Source: Diadema antillarum (Eukaryota). Taken from it: a stretch of 60,787 nt of DNA. The translations under genes were made by a program, and so were the position numbers. Of the stretch, positions 50,648 to 60,787 are shown in pieces (within the stretch, counting starts at the first letter, position 1; each line of letters begins with the position of its first letter). The stretch spans positions 1,674,001 to 1,734,787 of the forward strand of contig NW_027271795.1 in the NCBI RefSeq assembly GCF_040938485.1, in the 5' to 3' direction. Below the pieces are notes generated by a model. The model was given only the letters and a program-made list of their open reading frames with translations, was not told the origin of the DNA and made no database searches.

Positions 50648-51505
50648 GTAAGAAAGCATGTTTTTCAAATATGTATGGTCAGAAATTTCTTATTTGAATT
50701 ACAGTCTTTATAGCTCTTATTCCTGTAGAAGTTTCATTTTCACAGATGTTCTATGATGTCTGTACATTGATTTAAAAATATATATATATATCAAATAGTG
50801 TTTGTGCAACCTCACAAAATCCAAGCAAAGTTTTCATCTTTTCTTGAAAGACAACCGGAGAGCATTTTCTACCTCTGAAGTATATGCAGCTATGTTTATG
50901 TTTTCTCAGACAATATTTAACAATGCTTCTTTAAATGTAAAGTTTTGACGTCAGCAATTTATTCCTTGTTTGCACAGAGTGAAAATTCTAGTATGCTACT
51001 TGTCAGAACATTTATCCAAAAAAGTATACTTTATTTATTACTTGTTATTTCAAGATAGGGGGATTACAGTGATCAAGATTGAAGCCAATAGGACGTGCAA
51101 ACTTTACCAGGGATCTCAACAACTCTACAGTAACTGAACAATACTCTATTACAGTTCTCATTTCATAGTTCTGAATGTCAACTGAAACCTTGCGAATGGA
51201 ATGGTGTTCACTTATAAATCAATGACAGGCAATGAACCATGACTACAATTCACTAGATGTGATAACAATGATATCACAAGTGTGATATGCTCAAGGGTTA
51301 TGAGGGATTGTTGGGAACCTTTTAGGGCCACCCCTGTCATATAGCTTTGCTTGGGGCTCATGCAAGTAATGACTGATTCAACACGACATTATGACTATAA
51401 CATGTCAATACCAATTTGGGCCTTCTCATAGGTAAGAGAAAACCAGAGAGATTTTAAATAGTAGAGAGTCTTTTTCATCTCTGTCATTGTTCACCTTCCA
51501 TCCAG

Positions 51506-51664
51506 GCAAGACTACGCTGGCTGATGCACTTGTCTCCAGCAATGGCATCATCTCCTCCAGAATGGCGGGCAAACTCCGCTACATGGACAGCAGGGAGGAT
51601 GAACAGCTGCGGGGCATCACAATGAAGTCTAGCGCCATCTCTCTCCTTTACAGCCACAGAGAGG
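51506..51664 (+). CDS. EFL1: EFL1 coding exon 2
   Basis: [46 protein letters not shown], the EFL1/Ria1 signature. Phase 1 to 1. Confidence 0.96.
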
Positions 51665-52816
51665 GTAATTCTACGATACATGTTCTTATGTCATTTAAAG
51701 AAGGCGTTTTTTTTTTCTTTCTTTTTTAAAAGCTAATATTTGTAAGGAAAGTAAACAACACAATGGTGATCAAAAAGTAGTGAATTATAGCGATTTATTT
51801 ATTTGTTTTTTATTTATCAAGTCTTCTTTAAAAGCAGGGTAATCCAATTCAGTGCCACAAAGGCCTGCTTTACAAGACAGCCCTGCATTGATATACATTA
51901 CATGTGCACACAATAAAAAACAAGAACAAAGCCAACATAAATATGGTACAGCTAAAAAACAATTGGTTTGTAAGAGCATAAAACACATAACAAAGAACAT
52001 AAATTGAGTGGAGAGAATAGATATCTGAATAATGCATAGCTAGTGCAAAGGGTTCACATCAAATGAGAGACTGCTGTTGGCGTACAGGATTCTTAAATAA
52101 TACTGACCATGTAAACAAGATGTGATGAAATGATTTTTCAGTGTACCACTTGCCATTTGCTGATGTATGTAGTAATTAGGAATGCTTCCTAGGAACACTT
52201 TGTAAGAGTTGAAATATATGCATCAGAAATGGGGTTATGAAAGGATCACACCACCACAGTGACAACATTTTTTGCATCATGATGATTATCATCCACAATA
52301 TCAGTGATTTAGCAAAACTGGCCATAATTCAATATTACTTGAAAATTCTGTCCACCGTACATACACAGGAACACTCATTCCCCAGTACTTTTTCTTCTCT
52401 TGTATCTTTTCCATACACACTCTAAGGCAGGTGTGATGGAGCTTTTAAAAATGTAGTGTAGCATTTTCCATAATGCAGCTGTCTGTGAGGGAATGTGAAT
52501 ATTATTGAATATTAAAATTTTGATGTGAACTGATTGCTATATCTTCATATTCCTTGTGGTGATGTGTTTGCATTGTGTTTGCTAAAATAGAGCCAATGTG
52601 GTTAATGAAGTACAGTGGGTCATTGCTGGCATTTGACTGCTGATATAAAAAATGAGGTCACCCTGAAGGGATGGAAATTTTCTTAAATTGTATTGTGCAT
52701 TTGACCTCATGTCTGTCTCCAACGTGTTACCTTAAGGGCCATAGAAGTTCACAAAGATCATTGTTGTGACAGAAAGGAGAGAGATCACTTTAATTTCTGT
52801 CTGTTACAATATTCAG

Positions 52817-52947
52817 GCGAGGACTATCTAGTTAACGTCATCGACTCACCTGGCCATGTGGACTTCTCCAGCGAAGTGTCCACAGCTGTAAGACTCTGTG
52901 AGGGCGCTCTTGTGGTTGTAGATGTTGTCGAAGGAGTTTCTCCTCAG
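52817..52947 (+). CDS. EFL1: EFL1 coding exon 3
   Basis: [43 protein letters not shown] (G3). Donor cag|gtaaga. Confidence 0.96.
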
Positions 52948-53351
52948 GTAAGAATATATGTTGGGTATATTGTGTGGCTGTGAAGGTGACAGGGCTTCTT
53001 GGAATGTATCTCCTTTTATTGCATTTGTCTGTGGAACTGCTCTGTGACACTTTAAAATTCTGAAGGTGTGCAGGTCATGCTTATGTTTGCACATATTGAT
53101 TTGTGCTAGAGAAACCCTTTATTCAAACAAGGATTCATGAGTATGTTAATGACTGAAATAATTTAAATTAAAAATTTGTTTTACATTGCGTTCAGTTTCA
53201 AAATATGCCTTTCATGTTATATAATTTGGAAATTTCCCACTGACAGTAACTGTGATTACTTGCAAATATGTGCCACTGTATAAATATATGAAAATCAAGT
53301 CCACATGAAGCTTTATCTACGACTTACTTCTCTGGATCATAACACTGTCAG

Positions 53352-53546
53352 ACCCATGTAGTCTTGCGTCAAGCCTGGCTGGAGCATATCAAACCCTGCC
53401 TGGTGCTGAACAAGATTGACCGCCTCATCACCGAGCTGAAGTACACACCCATGGAGGCCCACCTACACCTCCAGCAGGTCTTGGAACAAGTCAATGCTGT
53501 GGTGGGAAACCTCTACGCCACTGAAGTCCTTGAGAAAACCTCTGCA
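53352..53546 (+). CDS. EFL1: EFL1 coding exon 4
   Basis: [29 protein letters not shown] (G4 NKID). Donor gca|gtaagt. Confidence 0.96.
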
Positions 53547-53877
53547 GTAAGTGTATTTAGTATTTATTTCCTCCCTTTGTATAGTACTCCCACAGTTTTA
53601 GCCTACCCAATGCCGAGGCCTAGTCAAATTACTGCATTTGCTCATTGTTTGACATTGTGGGTAATGTCATCGCTTCTGTAGAAGTAGATTTTTATCAATG
53701 CAGGGATTGAATCGTCTCTTGGCAATGGGAATCTTAACTAAACCATGGCCTGAGTGTCAATAAAAGAGAAAGAGAGAGAGAGAAAAAGAAAAGCAGGAGT
53801 AGCACAAATACAAATTTCTCCTTTAAAAGCTCCAGTAGTAAGAGAGCTTATTTTCTGTTGCATGAAGGTGCCATAGA

Positions 53878-54018
53878 ACATCGCTTCTCAGCCGGTGGGC
53901 TCGGATGTTGGCCAAAAATAAGATAAAATAAGATTTGTATTCAGTCTAACTTGGTCTCAAAATGCTGATTTGTAGGAGCCCAAGTGGGTCTCGGGTTAAA
54001 AAAGGTTGAGAAGCACAA
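53878..54018. mobile_element. Degenerate hAT-like MITE
   Basis: gcttctcagcc (53883-53893) / ggttgagaagc (54004-54014). Confidence 0.4.
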
Positions 54019-54482
54019 CCGTGTAAGATGGAGAATATATTGTTTCAACTAGTTTGGTCTAAGGTCACCATTTTTTATCTATGAAAATGGAAAGGTGCTT
54101 CACAAGTAATTGAGTTTTAAGAAGGGAATGGACAGGTCCAAATGATGAGAGGAATTGGTGCAAAGAAAGAAATTCTGTAGCAGGAAGGAAACTGCTGCAG
54201 GTGTTTTCATGAAAGATCAAAAACATGTTGGAGGAAGACATGCAAGGTAATAATACAAGTGAGATACAGACACATACACAATCACTTTCACAGACACTTG
54301 CACAACTTTGATATAGTTATACACAAACACAGACACAATGCAAACACTAAAATGAACACTAACACAAACATAAACACAGATAGATGCAAACAAGAAGGTG
54401 AGACAAACACTGACACAAGCACTCGAGATACAAACATATGCACACTCACTAATTACTGTCTTGTGTGTTATCTGATGCACAG

Positions 54483-54679
54483 AAAGCGAATGACAACGCA
54501 ACAAGTGAAGATGGACAGAAAGAAGCCCAAACAGGAGGAGGAGGAAGAGAAGGAGGAGAAGGAGAACAGGTGTATGACTGGAGTGATGGACTGGAAGACA
54601 CCGATGACTCCCACATCTACTTCTCACCAGACCAGGACAACGTCATCTTCGCCAGCGCCTATGATGGATGGGGATTCAG
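54483..54679 (+). CDS. EFL1: EFL1 coding exon 5
   Basis: KAND...[38 protein letters not shown]. Acceptor gcacag, donor ag|gtacct. Confidence 0.93.
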
Positions 54680-55058
54680 GTACCTTATACACAGGATTAT
54701 TTGGAAACATGCGATGCACCAGCATCTCTCAACTCGATGTATATTTTGCTGATGGTGTTTATGCCGAGAAAACATGCATAATGTATATATACATGCAGAC
54801 ATGCATGCATATTTTAAATGATCAACACATGTTTTGATGTGATGTGATGTGATACAGTGTATAGCTAGTATAATGTTACATAAAGAATCTGATATTCAAT
54901 TTGATGTGTCATTAGATAATGCTTTAATATGATAAAAGCTTAGAGGTGACTAATGATATCTGAACAGATAGAAAGGAAAATGAGAACTGTATTTGATATT
55001 TGGAATCAATGAAATATTATGCAGGAGTGCAGCACAGCATAGAGGAAAGCACTATTTA

Positions 55059-55143
55059 CCCGTTGAGGACGAGTCCCGAGTATACTCGTGCAGGTGTCTA
55101 TGGGAAATGCGTGTTGTAGCAAAATCAAACCGTCCTCAACGGG
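55059..55143 (-). mobile_element. 85-bp piggyBac-type MITE, copy C (EFL1 intron)
   Basis: TTTA|cccgttgaggacg...cgtcctcaacggg|TTAA, with a 13-bp perfect TIR. Reverse orientation to copies A and B. Confidence 0.82.
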
Positions 55144-55269
55144 TTAAATCGAATTGATTGGTATCAGACAGAGTAACATAATGCATTGCTTGTAGTCATG
55201 TGCCAATTTAGCTTCATGTGTTGGCAGTGCTCTGATTTATTTTTTTCCTCTCACTTTCCTATGCCACAG

Positions 55270-55393
55270 CATCAACCACTTTGCTGAGCTCTATGCCAGT
55301 AAGTTAGGAGTGAGGGCAGACATTCTTCGCAAGACGCTGTGGGGGGATTTCTACCTCCACACCAAATCAAAAAGGATAATGAAGGGAGCTCAG
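55270..55393 (+). CDS. EFL1: EFL1 coding exon 6
   Basis: SINHFAELYASKLGVRADILRKTLWGDFYLHTKSKRIMKGAQ. Donor cag|gtatgc. Confidence 0.95.
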
Positions 55394-55649
55394 GTATGCT
55401 CGTATTTACATTTTGATCTTCATTTTTGTTGTTTATTTGTAATGCCGTTCATGGCTAATTCTTCAGTATGAAATAATTTCCAAACAGAGAACTTGAAGAC
55501 ATTTAATTTGCGCCACTGTTAAGGAGCATACAGACAAAGAATGTTATATTCATTTTTTAATCAGTGTTTCTTCAAATGTGATATACATGTATATGCAATA
55601 TAATGCATTGCAGAAGAGCACTTAAAACATTAAAAAGAAAAGAAAATGG

Positions 55650-58073
55650 GACAAAATATTAGTTAGGTCAATATGATATGTGACAAGCATGCGCTGATTC
55701 AAAATGTTTTTATAGGCAAAAAGAGAAACTTCCTTAGAAAACCATGGGTGACTTCAGCAATCTTGAAATCTATCAACAAAAAATCTAAGTTCTATAAGGC
55801 ATGCAAGGCACTAAACTTTGAAGGAATTCATACAGCAAAGTATAAAAGATACAGAAATACTCTTGGAACTGTTTTGAAAAATGCAAAGAGAATGTATTAC
55901 AGTAATTTATTTCATGAGCATAAGAATGATACTAGCAAAACCTGGAAAACCGTCAATGAATTACTAAATGGCGGAAATAGAGGTAAAAAGAATACTGAAG
56001 TGGATAAATTGGTAACAAATACTGATGGAGTAGAAAGGATTATCACAACAGAAAAAGATATAGCTGAGATCTTCAATGACTTTTTCGTGAACATTGGCCC
56101 AAAGTTAGCAGAAGTGATTCCAGCAGAGAGTGGAAATCATATGGAATATCTCTCATTGAGAAATGAAAAATCATTATTTTGGGCACCAGTTACACCTGGG
56201 GAAATCTACAATTACTTCCAGGCATTGGATAAAAGGAAAGCACATGGTTTTGACAATATACCAATACGTTTGCTAAAGGACTCAGCGCATCTAATTTCTG
56301 AGCCACTGGCTTATATCTTCAATTTGTCACTCGAAAATGGAGTTTTCCCAGATGCTCTGAAAATAGCAAAAGTTACTCCAATTTACAAGAAAGGTTCTAG
56401 GGAAGACCCGGGCAATTACAGACCAATTTCAGTATTGCCAGTAATTGCTAAGATTTTTGAAAAAATTGTCAACAAGCGGTTGGTGGATTTTTTACACACA
56501 CACAGTATTTTATACAAACATCAATACGGTTTCCGTAAAAAATACAGTACTAAGCTCTCTGTAATCAACCTTGTGAATTCACTTCTAACGTCTATCGATA
56601 AAGGTAAACACACTATTGGTGTATTTATTGATTTCCAAAAGGCCTTCGACACAATAAACCACAAGATCCTCTTAAGCAAGTTGAGTTTTTATGGCATTTG
56701 CGGCAAACCTTTACAATGGTTTCAGAGTTATCTTGCTAATCGATCACAAGTAATATGTTACAAGGAAACAGTCAGTAGTCCGAATACCTTAAAGTGTGGT
56801 GTACCACAAGGATCAGTTCTCGGGCCAACGCTCTTCTTAATATATATAAACGACCTACCAAATTCAACTTCATTTTTTAATTTTAGACTATTTGCTGACG
56901 ATTCAAATATATTTCATACATTCAATGTTGGCCAGAGGGAAGTTGACATGGGGATTATCAATCTGCATTTAGGGAAAATTCAAGACTGGTTCAATTCTAA
57001 TAAAGTGACAATTAATTTGAAAAAGACAAATTATACGATTATAAAAAGTAAAAAATGGGAAGTTACAGTAAAAGGAACAATGAAACTATCAGATAATGTC
57101 ATTAGTAGAGTGAATGAGGCATCTTTTGTTGGAATATGCATTGATAGTCATTTGACTTGGAAAAGTCACATACAAGCTGTAAATAAATGTGTAAGACGGA
57201 AGGTTGGTATTCTGTTTAAATTACGACACTGTGTCCCCCAACATACACTTATTCTACTTTACAAATCCTTTATCCAATCCAACATAACATATGGAATTGA
57301 AGTGTGGGGGAGTACATGCAAATCTTATCTAAACTGCCTTCATCTTAGTCAGAAAATGGCCATGCGAGCTATCACTTTCAGTCCACTCAGAACACCTTCT
57401 GATCCCCTATTTCAAAAACTGGGAGTAATGGATGTATTTGAACTGCATAGACTTTACATCTGTACATTTATATTTGATTTATCAAAGGGAAATATGCCAC
57501 ATGATCTAGTAGAATATTGTCAAAACATCCACCATTCTTATTCAACAAGGGGTAAAAAAGAAGGCTTGCTTTATCTACCAAAATGCAAAACTATGTATGG
57601 CCAACTCTCACTTTCTTATATAGGAGTGAAATTTTGGAATGCTTTGCCAAAAAAATTAAGGAGTATTAATACCAGGAAATATTTCCAAAGTAATTTAGCA
57701 AAACACATTAAATCTGTATAGACAATGGTACTACAAATTAATAATGTTATAACAGTATTTTTAAATGTATTTCAATAGTTCATTATGTAATACGTGTTTA
57801 AAAGGACCAACACCTACTAGCACCTGTGCTACCTCTTGGTTCTTTTAGCAACCTCATTGTGTACAACATTGCCATATTGTAGCTCTTTTTTTAGATTAAT
57901 AGTTTCAGATTACATAATCATTTATAATTTTATATTATAGATTATATTCAATATGTTTTGTTTAGATCGTTTAGACTGTTACATGTAGTATGTATTAATA
58001 TTGATGTATAAACATGTATTCAAACTTTCCTGTACATATGTTGTTGTTATAAATAAACTCAAACTCAAACTCA
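55650..58073 (+). mobile_element. 5'-truncated CR1/L2-clade LINE in EFL1 intron, sense to host
   Basis: RT ORF, about 330 bp of 3'UTR, then aataaa followed by a (ctcaaa)n tail at 58052-58073. The 5' boundary is approximate. Confidence 0.88.
55673..57721 (+). CDS. Reverse transcriptase ORF (682 aa, 5'-truncated ORF2) of a CR1/L2-clade LINE
   Basis: KAHGFDNI, KIAKVTPIYKKG, NYRPISVLP, QYGFR, DFQKAFDTINH, GVPQGSVLGP and LFADD. No endonuclease domain present. Confidence 0.95.
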   Translation: MICDKHALIQNVFIGKKRNFLRKPWVTSAILKSINKKSKFYKACKALNFEGIHTAKYKRYRNTLGTVLKNAKRMYYSNLFHEHKNDTSKTWKTVNELLNGGNRGKKNTEVDKLVTNTDGVERIITTEKDIAEIFNDFFVNIGPKLAEVIPAESGNHMEYLSLRNEKSLFWAPVTPGEIYNYFQALDKRKAHGFDNIPIRLLKDSAHLISEPLAYIFNLSLENGVFPDALKIAKVTPIYKKGSREDPGNYRPISVLPVIAKIFEKIVNKRLVDFLHTHSILYKHQYGFRKKYSTKLSVINLVNSLLTSIDKGKHTIGVFIDFQKAFDTINHKILLSKLSFYGICGKPLQWFQSYLANRSQVICYKETVSSPNTLKCGVPQGSVLGPTLFLIYINDLPNSTSFFNFRLFADDSNIFHTFNVGQREVDMGIINLHLGKIQDWFNSNKVTINLKKTNYTIIKSKKWEVTVKGTMKLSDNVISRVNEASFVGICIDSHLTWKSHIQAVNKCVRRKVGILFKLRHCVPQHTLILLYKSFIQSNITYGIEVWGSTCKSYLNCLHLSQKMAMRAITFSPLRTPSDPLFQKLGVMDVFELHRLYICTFIFDLSKGNMPHDLVEYCQNIHHSYSTRGKKEGLLYLPKCKTMYGQLSLSYIGVKFWNALPKKLRSINTRKYFQSNLAKHIKSV

Positions 58074-58117
58074 GCTTAAGACAGGGATGATTAATATCGG
58101 AGAAAATTATATGATTT

Positions 58118-59168
58118 GGGGAAATTACAGAATACCGGTTTTGCGTCATATAAATTAGCATATTGGTGCATATAAGAGCCGCCGGAGGCGGGGCCTTCGG
58201 CCCCGCCTCCGGCGGCTCTCCCTTAGAGATGAATTTCAGCCCGAAGGGCTGAAATTCGTCTTTCCCGTCGTCTGGGGCCCCCAAAAAGCCCGGGAACGGA
58301 ACGGCCGTCAAAAAGTAGGTTGACCACACAATTTTTATGAAAATTGAGTGGTTTCAGAGGAAAACTGCTCTAAATCAAGATAACTCGAGTAAATCGTCGA
58401 TAAAGAAAATCGAGCCGATTTTGGCGGAACTACTTTAAACTTGATGATGTCATCACAGCTGACATCCTCCTTCCTTCATCTCTTTTCGACAAGTCATTCA
58501 CGATCAATCACACTACACACTAGTTTGGCAAGGCAGCGCGTATACGCGTATTGTCAAGAGACATGTGCGCACTCAACTGCTACACGTATTGTACACTGTA
58601 CTAGTAAACATGCGCGCGTTCTGCAGACTCAGTACGCGCTACCACTGCACACGTACGCATCATAAGCTGTTGTGTGTAGGTACCGTACCGGTATTGTTGT
58701 ACGACTGCATAGAGTCAACATGGTGGGCTGTCAAGAGCACCCACACAGTGCGTAAGCTCTACTGTAAGCTAGCACCAGCAATTAGATAAGTGATTGTTTT
58801 CTAGTCTCACCTAAATTGCTGTCGATTTCTAGGATACAGACTATCCTCAACTCCTAAAAACGTGAGTATTCATCGTAAATTCGGGTAAATTTTAACGGCT
58901 AGACTAGACTAGCATCGTCAGGATCTAGAACTACATTATTCGGGGGACACCCCCGAAACCCCCGAGAACAACGTAAGATACCACACTTCTCACTGCACAG
59001 ATCAAAGAAAACACACGTAAACAAATGTAATCGTCGACAGCCGAATCACGGACCGTATCGCAGATCGGATTAATATTTCAGATGGTTGCTATCGGCAAGC
59101 GTAATTACGCTCTTTTCAGAGCGATTTGCGCTCTCCGTGATTGGCTGCCGGTATTCTGTAATTTACCC
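58118..59168 (-). mobile_element. 1051-bp non-autonomous TIR DNA transposon, copy 2 (inverted relative to copy 1)
   Basis: TIRs at 58118-58138 and 59148-59168. TSD tatgattt at 58110-58117 and 59169-59176. The interior is the reverse complement of 46740-47790 with scattered substitutions and small indels. Confidence 0.95.
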
Positions 59169-59685
59169 TATGATTTTTCTGCTTAAGCATATTGGTCAAC
59201 ATCTCGATGTCAGCATTACCCAGTAGATTTCTGTTTTTTTCTGTGCTGCATAATGTAGTCTGTATCCACCATAATCACAACATTTGCCTATTTGTCAATT
59301 TCTTTGTTTTTATGGTGCTGTATTAAGTTTTAATGGATGTGTGGCCTGCAAAGTAAAAGGCTATATACGCACTCATAACTTGGTGATCACAGTTTCCACA
59401 GATGATGATAAGTTTATGGGCTTTTCAGTCTCGAGTGTCTTGATGAAGCCTATCCTTTGTGAACCACCATGTCATAACAGTTCCCTATGTTGATAAACCA
59501 CTTTGGTTTTTCTAGTGGTGTTTAAGTGTTTTTGAATTATTGTTTGTACCAGGAAAATGAAAAGATGAAAATACTCCCATAAACCTAAGTCTAAAGTTGC
59601 TAGTCTTTTCATTTGCAAACTTGTTCTGCATGGAAATTATTCTGTGTTGTTTACGGATGGATTTATTTTTCCTTTTTTTTTTCAG

Positions 59686-59765
59686 GCGAAGGCCAAGAAG
59701 CCTCTATTTGTACAATTTGTTTTGGAGAACATCTGGTCCCTGTACGACACAGTTTTCGTCAGAAA
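59686..59765 (+). CDS. EFL1: EFL1 coding exon 7
   Basis: [27 protein letters not shown]. Acceptor ttttcag, donor aa|gtgagt. Confidence 0.95.
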
Positions 59766-60336
59766 GTGAGTTTTTTTTTTACTACTATCATTATTATTAC
59801 ACGCTTTTGGTTTAGGTATCCACATTTTTAACCGTTTTTATTTCAAGATGTCTCATTTGAGGGCAAGACAGACATCTGAAGTGGCACAAGTTCACAGACA
59901 TTGTGATGTATTGTTGTAAGATTTTTATTTCTTTTTTGATGTTACACATGATTGAAAGCATAGAGAATGCCTTTGCTTACTGTTGATTGCTTGATGCTCA
60001 CAACATGTACTCAAAGCTCACCTGCTGTTTGTCTAGAGATCTGGGCCCTTTTGTATAAGAAGATGCAATTAAACATATGTCAGGTATCAGCCAATCAGAA
60101 TTGAGTTTTCAGAGACTTGTGTTTGATTTTCTGACTCATGTTTGATCTCAACTTTATGCAACAAGGCCCAGATGCCATTCTCAGAGGAAGTTTGATCCAA
60201 TGCAGGAGGGCTAATAGAATTACTAATTGCAGTAACCTGAATAAATTGTGGAATTATTTTTTTTTAAACATGCTAGACTGCAGTGGTTCATTCAGTTAAC
60301 TTTCTCATCTCCCCCCCCCCCCCCCATTTCATCCAG

Positions 60337-60473
60337 AGACAAAGAGAAGATGGAGAAGATCGTGAAGTCATTGGGGTTAAAGGTCGCCAGCCGTGACCTC
60401 CGACACAATGACCCCAAGATCCACCTGCAGGCCATCTGCCACCAGTGGCTGCCCGTCTCCAGTGCTGTCCTCT
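60337..60473 (+). CDS. EFL1: EFL1 coding exon 8 (gene continues beyond the window)
   Basis: KDKEKMEKIVKSLGLKVASRDLRHNDPKIHLQAICHQWLPVSSAVL, followed by GTATCCT, a U12-type donor. Confidence 0.92.
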
Positions 60474-60787
60474 GTATCCTCTTCAATTCATCCTCTTTCT
60501 GGAGTGGGCAGAAACATCAGTCTCATTTCTCATTTTCTAAAACCCTTTTAGTCTCAGGGATTTTGACAGTGTGTATAGAGTTTTCTATATCAGTTGGCAT
60601 GCAGAGCACACAAGGGATTAAATGCAGCAACCCACAAAATAGTGATAAATGTGCTATGCATGTGCAAATTAGCCAAATACAAATCCTCGCCCTTTTTCAA
60701 GTTGACTTGTCAATATCGATTTAGCTACTGGCTCAGATGGCAAAGCCTACATATTTTCTCTTTATTTTTGAATTGACAATGTGAAGA

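Noticed and set aside
54217-54837. 192-aa and 136-aa ORFs overlapping EFL1 exon 5
   Set aside because: Low-complexity AC-rich intron plus off-frame reading of the real exon.

Overview
Eukaryotic (animal) genomic DNA. It is AT-rich, repeat-rich and intron-containing, with three N-gaps. An invertebrate deuterostome such as an echinoderm is plausible, but that is inference only. Genes: two tandem single-coding-exon GT31 beta-1,3-glycosyltransferases (+, 6521-7996 and 15763-16935); an intronless class A GPCR (-, 22248-23453); a complete 4-coding-exon NUDT12 (-, 39404-44985, 462 aa); and, head-to-head with it, the first 8 coding exons of EFL1 (+, from 50557, running off the window). Mobile DNA: a 5'-truncated CR1/L2-clade LINE with an unbroken 682-codon RT ORF in an EFL1 intron; two inverted 1051-bp TIR transposon copies, each with its own 8-bp TSD; three 85-bp piggyBac-type MITEs; Harbinger-, Kolobok-, Helentron- and foldback-like relics; and old LINE fragments. 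Most notable observations: (1) a 260-bp near-perfect palindrome between (TA)n tracts that carries a Penelope-type minimal hammerhead ribozyme motif on each strand; (2) the twin inverted transposons bracketing the EFL1 5' half and containing long GNA-triloop hairpins; (3) a U12-type (minor spliceosome) donor in EFL1. All calls were made by eye, with no alignments or database searches run.
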